A stretch of 64,000 nt of DNA from a virus: the IMG/VR virus record IMGVR_UViG_3300047319_000185, positions 32,001 through 96,000 of that record. One strand, written 5' to 3'. The notes under the pieces are model-generated. The model had not been told where the DNA came from, searched no databases, and saw only the letters and a program-made list of their open reading frames with translations. Below, in pieces: positions 46,368 through 55,536 of the stretch. The translations under genes were made by a program, and so were the position numbers. Every line of letters begins with the position of its first letter. Position 1 is the first letter of the stretch.

Positions 46368-46396
46368 AGTATAACATCCTGCTGTCCCTAAGTCAA
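46368..46396 (-). promoter_or_regulatory. Promoter at the head of the tRNA cluster
   Basis: TTGACT-N17-TATACT with TG extension. Confidence 0.8.
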
Positions 46397-46545
46397 TTAC
46401 TTCTTTTCCGCGCTAGTACTATACTGATTTCCATGTTTCTGGCACAAGTATCTGACTACTCCCTTAACTGGAGCGCGCATACACGCACGTCTCTGACATC
46501 CTTTGAACCAGCACTGATCTATCAAAGGTACGTATTCATTAGTCA

Positions 46546-46773
46546 TTACAGTACCACGGTTACTTCGTTGATGTCAACCCTACCGATAAGAAGTTCACCA
46601 GAACGAAGAGACGCTGTATGGATGCTTACCTGGTCCCTGACTGGCTCTGTGTGATCCCAGACTATGTTGTAGTGGCCCATGTTGTCAAGCAGTTGTTCTG
46701 TGACCTCCATGTGACCGCCCATGTGGTGAAGGGCTACAACAAGGAGTCTAGCCAGAAGCTGTTCCTGTGTCAA
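46546..46773 (-). CDS. Hypothetical protein
   Basis: AAGGAG RBS. Confidence 0.55.
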   Translation of the reverse strand: MTQEQLLARLLVVALHHMGGHMEVTEQLLDNMGHYNIVWDHTEPVRDQVSIHTASLRSGELLIGRVDINEVTVVL

Positions 46774-46775
46774 GG

Positions 46776-46973
46776 TCAGCTCTCCTTTGAAAGACGGGAG
46801 ATGGTTTCCTTGAGGTGACCGTTGGCTTCCAGTAGCTCCTGTACGTGATTCTTTGCCACCTCTGAGGCTACTAGAGCTATCTCATCGACAAACCGTTCAC
46901 TGTCAGCATCATCGGGTCTTATACGGGCAACCAGAGCTTCGTAGATATCATCGTAAATTAGATTTCTTTGCAT
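46776..46973 (-). CDS. Hypothetical protein
   Basis: GGAG RBS. Confidence 0.55.
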   Translation of the reverse strand: MQRNLIYDDIYEALVARIRPDDADSERFVDEIALVASEVAKNHVQELLEANGHLKETISRLSKES

Positions 46974-47183
46974 TTAAATCTCCGGGTAATGTGCATCTTC
47001 ACCAAAGGGTGCCATAACTACAAGAGCATTTTGGTTAATGTTATCGACCAGAGCCTCTAGTACTGAACGAATGTAGACGGTGATTCCCAGACCCTTCTTA
47101 TCTGCTTCCTTCTTCAGTACCGCAAGAGTATCCTTGTGAAGCCGTAGGCTTCTGGATACCATCGCTGTGCTTGTGTTCTCCAT
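46974..47183 (-). CDS. Ribbon-helix-helix DNA-binding protein
   Basis: SRSLRL......LK.EA...GL.IT.YIR.VL. Confidence 0.78.
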   Translation of the reverse strand: MENTSTAMVSRSLRLHKDTLAVLKKEADKKGLGITVYIRSVLEALVDNINQNALVVMAPFGEDAHYPEI

Positions 47184-47309
47184 ATGGTTCTCCTTATTGT
47201 AAAGTTCTGTAAAAAGTAGTGTATCACAGACTTTTACCAAAGGAAACCAACAAGATCATCCTGGAACAACTACTACCAGAAGAGAAAAAGACATAAAGAT
47301 CACCAGATG

Positions 47310-47545
47310 GATTAGTTTATTACCGGATGATAGTAACAGAAGAGTTTTATTCTACTAGTTCTATTCTTTTAGTACTAGTCTCTTCTGGTAAGTTATTTTA
47401 TTCTCTTAGTAGATTAGTTTTATACTAGTAATCTTCTAGTTATTTTCTTATAGAAGTTCTTTACTATAAGATTCTATTCTCTTGGTAACTTTTTCTTCTA
47501 CTAGACTTTTACTCTTCTAGTCTGTAAGCTTTTAGTCCGAAGGAC
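47310..47545. repeat. AT-rich low-complexity tract at the transcription strand switch
   Basis: Recurrent (T)CTAG(T), TTCT and TAGT units with strong T bias. Confidence 0.6.
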
Positions 47546-47890
47546 TTATATACAGACTATGTCTTGTCTTTGTGTCCTGCTCGCTCCTGTCCAGCTTACC
47601 ATACGGTTCCAAATCTGTAAAGTCACTTGGTAGGTTGTCATGGGGTACGTTCTCTGGTAGAGTATCCTTTAAGGGAGAACTGGTGGGGGTAACCAGCAAA
47701 TAGAGAAGGTCACGTATGAAGAACTACAGCATAGCAAACATGGATATCGGTAAGAAGGGTCCATGCATGGTTCCTGGTCATCCTAAAGAGCATGTACTGG
47801 ACATGGCCTGTTGGTCAACCATGCGCAGATTCCTGCACGACAATTCATTCCAGGCTTTCCTGGATGAGGTAAACAGAAAGAAGTAAGGAT

Positions 47891-48301
47891 ATGGGACGAA
47901 AGAATCAGAGTTCCTACTATTCCAAACCTATTGCACGGATACATGCTGACTTCGGTGGTATCTGTGCATTGTGCGGAAATTTTGTAGAACTCTCTGATGC
48001 GTCCCGCGACCATATAATCCCCCGCTCAAAAGGCGGGGGTAATGGCCGGGACAATATACAGCTTACTCATAAGAGCTGTAACAACCTCAAGGGTGATATA
48101 AGTTACCCTGTCGACTGGCAAGAGCAGCTTAAGCGGGATATGGTAATACCAAAGGGCTATCAATGCCGTTACTGCTCACAGGAGATAAACAAGCAGCACA
48201 AGGACTACCAGTATGTGGCAAAGGTGATCGTACAAGGAAAGATCGTAGCCCTTCATACCTGGTGCAATGAGGAGAGGATAAAATATGGAAAGCAGCTATA
48301 G
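47891..48301 (+). CDS. HNH endonuclease
   Basis: C.LCG...DHIIP.SKGG.N..DN..L.H..CN..KG. Confidence 0.9.
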   Translation: MGRKNQSSYYSKPIARIHADFGGICALCGNFVELSDASRDHIIPRSKGGGNGRDNIQLTHKSCNNLKGDISYPVDWQEQLKRDMVIPKGYQCRYCSQEINKQHKDYQYVAKVIVQGKIVALHTWCNEERIKYGKQL

Positions 48302-48313
48302 ACGGAGAACCTT

Positions 48314-48490
48314 ATGAAGAAGACTAATAGAAGACCTCGTATTAAAGATCCGCTTATTCTTAACAACCCTGATGTACTTGGTTATATATGCGCCAAGTGT
48401 CAGGGAGGAATGCACAAGTTCTGTAGTGCCAAGGGTGGTAAGACTAAATTAGGCTGTGTATGTCCTGACAAGAGCCATGAGAGAAAATAA
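48314..48490 (+). CDS. Zn-binding miniprotein (CxxC-x4-H-xx-C-x10-CxC-x4-H)
   Basis: GGAG RBS; hand translation. Confidence 0.65.
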   Translation: MKKTNRRPRIKDPLILNNPDVLGYICAKCQGGMHKFCSAKGGKTKLGCVCPDKSHERK

Positions 48491-48903
48491 TGACAGGATT
48501 CTGGGAAGACGGAAATTACGGTATGGATTTTCTGGCTGCACGAAATAAAGCAGATGCCAAGAAGGCAGAAGCGGCCAGAAAGACCAAATGGGAGATAGAA
48601 GAGGAACAGCGCAATAAGCTAGCCGCTGCTCTCTGGAAGAACGAGATGCATCCTGGCAGAGACCACTGTAGTAGCTGTTTTGGTGAGTTTGAATACGGCA
48701 GTGGCGTAATGATGGATGGCTACTGCTGTTGCAAGGACAACGGAATTACCGGAGTCGTTCAGCCACTTGACGATTATGACTATCGTGTCAAATATCCACC
48801 AGTAAATGGAAAGGTCCCCGAAATATTCGAAAAGTGGGGACCAAGAACACAGGAACGATACCTGAAGAGATTCGAAGGAGAACTAAATGAGCTGGGTAAG
48901 TAA
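48490..48903 (+). CDS. Hypothetical protein
   Basis: Coupled start. Confidence 0.6.
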   Translation: MTGFWEDGNYGMDFLAARNKADAKKAEAARKTKWEIEEEQRNKLAAALWKNEMHPGRDHCSSCFGEFEYGSGVMMDGYCCCKDNGITGVVQPLDDYDYRVKYPPVNGKVPEIFEKWGPRTQERYLKRFEGELNELGK

Positions 48904-49219
48904 CGCTGTCGTCTTTATTCCCTGCGGGGAAAAGGACAAGGACAGGCTTGATGAAGTAAATGCCGCTCTGGTAGGACAGGGTAAATACAATCAGGAATTC
49001 ATAGCATCCACTGATCTGTCTGTAGGTACAGAATGGTACGGCGGGCATAAGTGTATGGAAATGGATATGTGGGCCGCAGCATTCAACTACATAGGTCTGG
49101 AAAGAGTACTGGAAGCCCTGGAAGCGGCTGACTGGAAGTACCCACAAGGAGTTGTACTGATGTGGGCCGACCAGGAAGACACATTCTGGTCCGTACATAA
49201 GCTAGGAGAGATCAGATAA
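48887..49219 (+). CDS. Hypothetical protein
   Basis: AAGGAG RBS. Confidence 0.65.
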   Translation: MSWVSNAVVFIPCGEKDKDRLDEVNAALVGQGKYNQEFIASTDLSVGTEWYGGHKCMEMDMWAAAFNYIGLERVLEALEAADWKYPQGVVLMWADQEDTFWSVHKLGEIR

Positions 49220-49563
49220 TGTGCGGGATGTGCAGTGATGTCGTTGACGGATGTGACCAGGTAGAGTGCGGAGCACTACCAAGAATCAGGGAAGACGGAA
49301 CTCGTAGAAACCACTATATGCGCTGGTTCACCTTTGATGATGTCTTCTGCAAGCACAAAGAAGAGAAATACGGAACCACTAATCCCAGTCTTGCCAGCCA
49401 TGTTGAAATAGAGCACGACTGGGATACCGAAGACATAGATTATTCAGAGGCAGTAGGTAATCCTCTTATCTGTGATGACTTGTGCATTATGAACGGATGG
49501 TACAAGGTAATAGAAGTAAAGAATGTTGTCGAAGCACTGAGAAGGAGCAATAATGGAGCCTAA
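49219..49563 (+). CDS. Hypothetical Cys-rich protein
   Basis: Coupled start, GGAG RBS. Confidence 0.6.
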   Translation: MCGMCSDVVDGCDQVECGALPRIREDGTRRNHYMRWFTFDDVFCKHKEEKYGTTNPSLASHVEIEHDWDTEDIDYSEAVGNPLICDDLCIMNGWYKVIEVKNVVEALRRSNNGA

Positions 49564-50086
49564 TCCGATACTGCTACTGGACGTTGACGGGCCATTAAAT
49601 CCATTCGCGGCCAAGGCTACACAGAGACCAGATGGCTATGAGACCCACAGAATGCGCCCTAATGGCTTTCTTATGCAGAATGCACTTAGAGTATGGCTTA
49701 ATCCTCTGCACGGTGAGAAGCTCCTGAACCTCGGCTACGACCTTGTATGGGCAACCATGTGGGAAGACGAAGCCAATGAGTGGATCGCGCCGCATATAGG
49801 CCTTCCTGAGCTTCCTTTCATCAGTTTCAAGCACGCCAGCTGGTACGACAGGGACGGTCTGTACGTCAAGACGAAGACTATTGCCAGTTTCATGAACGAA
49901 GAGTATGCTGGGGTACCGTTCATCTGGGTTGATGACGAGACAACTGCTGCTGATACCAACTATCTGAGGCAGAACTGTCCTGTAAGGTCAAAGATTTTCA
50001 CTATCAACCCGAGAATTGGGCTAATGGACCGAGATTTTGATGAAATCCGAGTATACAAGGCAAAACTAATGAGATGGAGCAGCTAA
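49553..50086 (+). CDS. HAD-family phosphatase (Swiss-army-knife RNA repair type)
   Basis: LLLDVDGPLN, LVWAT.W, WVDD, GL. Confidence 0.88.
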   Translation: MEPNPILLLDVDGPLNPFAAKATQRPDGYETHRMRPNGFLMQNALRVWLNPLHGEKLLNLGYDLVWATMWEDEANEWIAPHIGLPELPFISFKHASWYDRDGLYVKTKTIASFMNEEYAGVPFIWVDDETTAADTNYLRQNCPVRSKIFTINPRIGLMDRDFDEIRVYKAKLMRWSS

Positions 50087-50087
50087 A

Positions 50088-50267
50088 ATGAAGTTTTTCA
50101 AGTCAAAAGACGAGTGTCCACCCGGTTATACGATTCTATGTGTGGACAATCCCGTTGCCAATACAACCAGATACCAGATTCTCTTCAAGGGAAAAGATAC
50201 AGGATGGTCTGGTACTGATGTGAATGCTGCTTTGCGTGAGGCTAAGAAGATGGCAAGAAATAAGTAA
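50088..50267 (+). CDS. Miniprotein, tandem paralog of 50296-50493
   Basis: CPPGY.I...Y.I.FKGKDTGW.G.D...MARN shared. Confidence 0.7.
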   Translation: MKFFKSKDECPPGYTILCVDNPVANTTRYQILFKGKDTGWSGTDVNAALREAKKMARNK

Positions 50268-50295
50268 CTAACAGACTAGATAAGGAGAGCCAAAA

Positions 50296-50493
50296 ATGGG
50301 ATTCAACAACTGGCTCAAGACAAGAGGAGCCTGTCCACCAGGTTATGAGATAAAATACCTGGCCAACGACAGTGCAGGAAGGACCGAATACCGTATCTTC
50401 TTCAAGGGGAAAGACACAGGCTGGGCAGGATTGGATGAAAAGGTAGCTATTCGTGCTATGAAGGACATGGCAAGAAACAACAAGTTCAAGTAA
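50296..50493 (+). CDS. Miniprotein, tandem paralog of 50088-50267
   Basis: AAGGAG RBS; shared motif. Confidence 0.7.
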   Translation: MGFNNWLKTRGACPPGYEIKYLANDSAGRTEYRIFFKGKDTGWAGLDEKVAIRAMKDMARNNKFK

Positions 50494-50679
50494 TCATGGC
50501 CAAAGAGAACCTGGACATGGCGTATAAGGGCTACCGTATCTACTACGGTGGTCCTATATACGGAATCTGTGTAAATAATCCCCAAGGTATCCGCGTAGTC
50601 ATCGATACCAATGTAAGAACTGCCAAGATACTCATCAAGGCCTTTATAAAGGAGGGTAAATGACTGGGGAATCTGCGAT

Positions 50680-51285
50680 ATGAGATATACGTACGACACA
50701 GAATTCATTGACGATGGTGAGCGTATTGAATTACTGAGTATCGGTATTGTCGCTGAAGACGGTAGAGAATACTATGCTGTAACCAGTGATCCAAAAGTTA
50801 TTGATAGAGCATGGCGTACCCTGAGCGGAGGAGAGTACTGGTTGAGAAAGAATGTACTGAACAGTTTTCCGATCAAGCAGGGACCAATTACCTTTACGCA
50901 GAACAATTGGGCACCGAACGACTCCCATCCCGACTGGGATAAAAGACGTACCCGAGAAGAAATGGCCAGAGAAGTCACCACCTTCCTCAGATATGAGACA
51001 GACATTGAACTTTGGGCATGGTATGCAGCATATGACCACGTTGCTTTTTCCCAGTTGTTCGGGAAGATGATTGACCTTCCTCTCGGCTTTCCCATGTACA
51101 CCAATGACATAAAGCAGGAGCACAGAAGACTGGGCTATCCAAGAATTCCAGAACAGGCTCAGGGGGCACACAACGCCCTGGAAGACGCCAGATGGAACAT
51201 GGATACCCTGCACTACCTAGAGGCCCTAGAAAGCCCCAAAGAATCGGTTCTAGCGGCAAATCCTAAGAGAACGAGAGTCTGGTAG
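50680..51285 (+). CDS. DEDDh 3'-5' exoribonuclease (DUF5051 / RNase AS-like)
   Basis: YDTEFIDDG..I.L.SIG, LWAW..AYDHV, HNALEDAR. Confidence 0.92.
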   Translation: MRYTYDTEFIDDGERIELLSIGIVAEDGREYYAVTSDPKVIDRAWRTLSGGEYWLRKNVLNSFPIKQGPITFTQNNWAPNDSHPDWDKRRTREEMAREVTTFLRYETDIELWAWYAAYDHVAFSQLFGKMIDLPLGFPMYTNDIKQEHRRLGYPRIPEQAQGAHNALEDARWNMDTLHYLEALESPKESVLAANPKRTRVW

Positions 51286-51298
51286 ATGGAGGATATCT

Positions 51299-51475
51299 AT
51301 GGCTAAAGACGGACACAGACCAAAACGTATGAAGAGCAACGCAGGTACCGACAACGTCAAGACAACATGTGAGCACTGCATCAATGGTGACCACCACAGG
51401 TGTACCAGCACTTCCACAAGGGGAATGGTGAAATGCCTGTGTGCCAATTTCTACCACAAGCTGTATGAGGAGTAG
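51299..51475 (+). CDS. Zn-binding miniprotein (same Cys/His motif)
   Basis: GGAGG RBS; CEHC-INGD-H-HR-C-x10-CLC-ANFY-H. Confidence 0.65.
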   Translation: MAKDGHRPKRMKSNAGTDNVKTTCEHCINGDHHRCTSTSTRGMVKCLCANFYHKLYEE

Positions 51476-51511
51476 CCATGGAGGAAGCTGCGCTATGAAG
51501 GAGACTTCATC

Positions 51512-51664
51512 GTGAAAGGCAAGAAGCACAATCCTTCCAATACAGTAAAAGACATATGGAGATGCCAGAACTGTCTTAAGGAAAAGCACCAGCACTGTCT
51601 GCGCTATGACAAAGGCTTCCCCTGTTACTGCATGGTCAACAATCATCTACTGGCCCATAAATAA
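51512..51664 (+). CDS. Zn-binding miniprotein (same Cys/His motif)
   Basis: AAGGAG RBS + GTG; CQNC-LKEK-H-QH-C-x8-CYC-MVNN-H. Confidence 0.65.
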   Translation: MKGKKHNPSNTVKDIWRCQNCLKEKHQHCLRYDKGFPCYCMVNNHLLAHK

Positions 51665-51680
51665 ACGGAGGAGGTATTAT

Positions 51681-51875
51681 ATGGCTCCATTCAAAAAAGG
51701 TCAGATACAGGTGGAGTCATTCGAGACCTCCGACAAAGCCTGGAGAGCCCTTACCAAGAAATATGCAGAACTACTCAATACTCCTAGATACAAGGATGCA
51801 AAAGCAGCCGGATATACATTGGGAGTAATAAAGTCAAAAGGACTCTACTGGGTCGTGGTTAATCCACCTAGGTAG
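51681..51875 (+). CDS. Hypothetical basic protein
   Basis: GGAGG RBS. Confidence 0.6.
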   Translation: MAPFKKGQIQVESFETSDKAWRALTKKYAELLNTPRYKDAKAAGYTLGVIKSKGLYWVVVNPPR

Positions 51876-51877
51876 AA

Positions 51878-51920
51878 AGAAGCTCTCTTTCCTTATACAA
51901 GGATTGAGGGCTTCTTTTAT
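51878..51920 (+). terminator. Intrinsic terminator
   Basis: aagaagctctc...gagggcttctttt. Confidence 0.7.
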
Positions 51921-52100
51921 TTCAGATACTACCTTATATTCAGGATACTATTTCGTTCCTTCGTCACGAAAATAGATACTATATAGATTTTATAGATACT
52001 GTACTACATAGGAGTCCCTAATCATAATCGGAAAACAGATACTACCCCTTATTTCAGATACTTACCTTGTACAGATCACCATTTCATAATCGGGAAACCA
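51920..52100. repeat. Short direct repeats AGATACT and TCATAATCGG
   Basis: About six AGATACT-like copies; TCATAATCGG(A/G)AAAC at 52022 and 52084. Confidence 0.6.
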
Positions 52101-53165
52101 GGCAGGTACCCATTCTGCCCACTAACTTTTAAAGGTGGGGGTACGAATTCATTACATTCATTGGTCGAACTATGTCATATTATTACGCTGAGTAATGGCA
52201 TTCACAACTTATTCACATCTATTTGATTCAAACACGGGTTATTAGGGGTAACATGAACAACAGGTGAACAGAATTATATACAGAGAGTAATAATTAGCCC
52301 TATGGATAACCATTTATAGCCCTTGAATGGCCATAATCAGGGGATACTAGGGTGAATTGGTTGACAAAGGGAGAGGGGTGTGTCCTGGTATTGGGTACCA
52401 GAGGGTTTGTCAATAGTTGGTGCTGTACTGTTTAGTCACATCACGCTGTGTTATTCGGACATAAGGTGTGGTTTGGTGTCTATGGGATATGTGCAGATGC
52501 ATTGATCAGACCATCGCAGGTGAGAGTATGTGCCAGTAGTGGTCTAGTCCTCATAGGTACATTGGTCTAGTCATCTACGCACAGTGAAAATCGTCTGTAC
52601 AGCCCTGTGAGAGGTGAGCTGGATAGAGAGGACGTTGAGTACCAAAGGATCATGTTAGAGGGGCCAAAGAATGGATTCATGGCCATACTTGTGAGTACTC
52701 TTGTCTCTCTATGTATCTATGGTGTATATCGCTACGCTCTCCTGCGCTTCGCTTGGCCCCGAAATTTCCTGAGGGGAGTGTGTTGGGTCACAGGTGTGCA
52801 TCGGCATAACGGACATACAGGGATAGTATGGGCGCGTAGCCACTAGCTTTGGTATCGAGTTGGTAACATCCTGGGATGAGGCTTTGACACGCTTCCCTAC
52901 GTAGACAAGTGTGTGTCTCGCAAGGCAGCGGGGCGAACGGGAGACAGGCTGTAGCGGCCGGTTGAACGGATCGCACGACCCGCTGAGAGTCGCCAACTGA
53001 ATAGCTCGCCATTCCTCACCGAACGGGCAGGGGCCGGATTAGCGACCGGTCAGCCCTTAGTAGGTCCCCGTGGTGAGTGGAGATCAAATGCTTAGTTCGA
53101 TGCAACTTCCCGCATATGATGCGCGTCATTGTGTGTGGGTTGTTGGACCTAGCTAGGGAGAGACC

Positions 53166-53423
53166 ATGAGCAACAAAGCAGAGCGCAAGGCAATCGAGCG
53201 GCAGATCATCAACAATTACAAGGACATGAAGCTGATCCTCAAAGAGGCAGGCATGTCGCTTGACACCGACTGGAGTTACTGGCCGTTGGGTGCAAAGTGC
53301 GTTCACGCTGCCTATGCGGCACTGGGAATCGGTGTGGCATACAACCTGGGCATGGGTCAGTACAGCTATGACAGGTGCGAGCGTGTCATCAACGGACTCC
53401 AATACAGTACGGAGCTGATCTGA
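53166..53423 (+). CDS. Early-region hypothetical protein
   Basis: GGAG RBS; GC3-rich codons. Confidence 0.65.
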   Translation: MSNKAERKAIERQIINNYKDMKLILKEAGMSLDTDWSYWPLGAKCVHAAYAALGIGVAYNLGMGQYSYDRCERVINGLQYSTELI

Positions 53424-53425
53424 TC

Positions 53426-53590
53426 ATGATCCTTGTTGAACTGACCAGGGAACAGCGCAAGTTCATCGCAGAGGCCACTCAGACCCGTATGGATGCCATT
53501 CTGGCGAAGGACAGCAACGCATGGACCACAAGCGAGTATGCGGAGCTGGAAAGCCTTATGACGCAGTTGTATGTGGACTGCGCCGAATAG
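53426..53590 (+). CDS. Early-region miniprotein
   Basis: GGAG RBS. Confidence 0.55.
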   Translation: MILVELTREQRKFIAEATQTRMDAILAKDSNAWTTSEYAELESLMTQLYVDCAE

Positions 53591-53683
53591 TACTGACCTA
53601 GACCCGAAACGCTCTGTATGGAGCGTCTAGCCCTAGTGGAGGGCTACTGACGATGGGTCGTCAGGGAACAGAGGAGACAGACC

Positions 53684-54502
53684 ATGATCTACACCAGCAA
53701 GCACATCGGCGACAATGGCAGCAAGTCCAAGGTTCACGCGATGCCCGATGACAGTGTTGACGGGCACAAGGCGAAGTGCGGTCGCAAGGTGCAGTGGCTC
53801 AACAATGGTCTGTATGGCACTGACCATGAGATCACCTGTCTCCCCTGCATCAAGGTCATGGAGCGTGAGGAGCGTAAGGCGAACACTGACAAGTTCATCG
53901 CCGAGTCGGATGCCCGCTTGGCTGCTGCGGGTATTAGCACTGAGGGAGAGAACATGCGCATTGTCGGCATTCAGAACTACAGCGGTGAGAACGTGTTCAC
54001 CTGTACCAACTGTGTTGCCAGTAGCTCATGGGCACGGGATGTGTTCATGGGTGAGGATGTCGTGTGCTGCACATGTGGTGAGATGCTCGGTTATGCGGCT
54101 GATTTCAGCGCCGCGATTCGGGAGGACAAGGGTCGCAAGCTTGTTGCTGAAGAGGACCGTTGGTACATGCTGGACAAGGCTCATGGAGAGGCACTGAAGA
54201 TGAACAGTGATCTGTACATGCTGGCGCTGGCAGAGCGTCATGAGACCATCACGGACAACCGGCTTTACCACACTCCGCTGAATCGCTGGGAATACCACAT
54301 TCGCGGCCTGTACGTCTCTCTGCAAGCCATTCCGGTTATCGACTGGGTTTGCTACAGGGTGACTAAGTCGGGCAATCCCAGTAAGTCATACGAGACATAC
54401 GACCTTGTGGACGCCATTGCCACGTATGAGGCCATGATCGGTGAGCACATGCACTGGCTTGAGGTCGACAGGCTTGACCGTGAGTGGCACTACTCGCACT
54501 AG
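53684..54502 (+). CDS. Early-region protein with Zn-binding motifs
   Basis: VH...CG...ITC..C and CxxC pairs. Confidence 0.7.
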   Translation: MIYTSKHIGDNGSKSKVHAMPDDSVDGHKAKCGRKVQWLNNGLYGTDHEITCLPCIKVMEREERKANTDKFIAESDARLAAAGISTEGENMRIVGIQNYSGENVFTCTNCVASSSWARDVFMGEDVVCCTCGEMLGYAADFSAAIREDKGRKLVAEEDRWYMLDKAHGEALKMNSDLYMLALAERHETITDNRLYHTPLNRWEYHIRGLYVSLQAIPVIDWVCYRVTKSGNPSKSYETYDLVDAIATYEAMIGEHMHWLEVDRLDREWHYSH

Positions 54503-54607
54503 ACAGACTTACCCCTTCCCTGCCTCTGAGCGGCGTTCTGAGCGCTTCTCAGGGGATGGGTGGGAGTATGTCCCAACTGTGTTGTTCGATCTTGTTAGGA
54601 GACAACT

Positions 54608-55081
54608 GTGTCCCTCTACACTGTCCGCTCGCGTGTCAGCCTCACTGGTAAGCCCATTCTGTCCAGCAAAATGGATGAGCAGGACCCTGCCAACATGCCC
54701 GTGCCGCTCGAATTCAAGAGTGCGATGGAAATGCTGCACTGGTCACTAGCTAATGGTGTATTCGGTCGTGAGTTCTACGCCAATCGCTCTCCCCGCACTC
54801 CTGAGGAGATCCGTCTCCGTGATGGAGGGGACGAATGGCGTGCCTATCGGGTAAGCGGTGACTGGCCTAAGTGGGAGCTGACCAACGAGAACTATGACGC
54901 CATGGTGAGTGCTGCCAAGCGTTACCGTGCGATCCTCCACTACTTCCGCGAGATTGAGCCTGAGTGGACGTACGTGGAAACCATTCACTACGCGGACAAC
55001 AGCACCATGGTTTACGAGATCAATCGCAATGGACAGATGCGCTCGCACATGACTGTCTCTCCGCACGGTGACATCTGCTAG
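54608..55081 (+). CDS. Early-region hypothetical protein
   Basis: AGGAG RBS. Confidence 0.7.
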   Translation: MSLYTVRSRVSLTGKPILSSKMDEQDPANMPVPLEFKSAMEMLHWSLANGVFGREFYANRSPRTPEEIRLRDGGDEWRAYRVSGDWPKWELTNENYDAMVSAAKRYRAILHYFREIEPEWTYVETIHYADNSTMVYEINRNGQMRSHMTVSPHGDIC

Positions 55082-55177
55082 TAACAGAACTCTTTGGGCA
55101 TTCTCAGACTCTCTGAGTGTGTCCATGGGGGATTGTTGCCCCGACCCTGTTTCAACGTCGCAGAGGAGCACACAGCC

Positions 55178-55477
55178 ATGAACAACGCTGCCGCATTCCG
55201 CATGCTTGAGGGACGTCTCTCCGCACATGTCCAGCGGTTCAACGGCTATGACGTGAGCGCCAATGACTCCGATGAGCAGTATTTCCTTACCACGGAGAAA
55301 CTGGCACTTGCCAAGGCTGCATTGGAGAGTGCCCCGGCATTCAAGGTCACGACGCTTGCCCGTTCGTTGGGTGATATCTACCGGACTGTCAAGCACAGCA
55401 TGAGCGCTGCTGACCTCAAGCGCTGGAATGAGATCAATGAGACGTTGGAAGCTCTCTCGGACAAGTACGAGGGATAG
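55178..55477 (+). CDS. Early-region hypothetical protein
   Basis: GAGGAG RBS. Confidence 0.65.
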   Translation: MNNAAAFRMLEGRLSAHVQRFNGYDVSANDSDEQYFLTTEKLALAKAALESAPAFKVTTLARSLGDIYRTVKHSMSAADLKRWNEINETLEALSDKYEG

Positions 55478-55536
55478 CAGCGGAAACGTCAGCCAAGACA
55501 GCACAACAACACACAGCCGTCATGAAAGGACACCTC

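Noticed and set aside
47310-52100. CRISPR array in the repeat tracts
   Set aside because: Repeats are short, degenerate and irregularly spaced; no cas genes are present.
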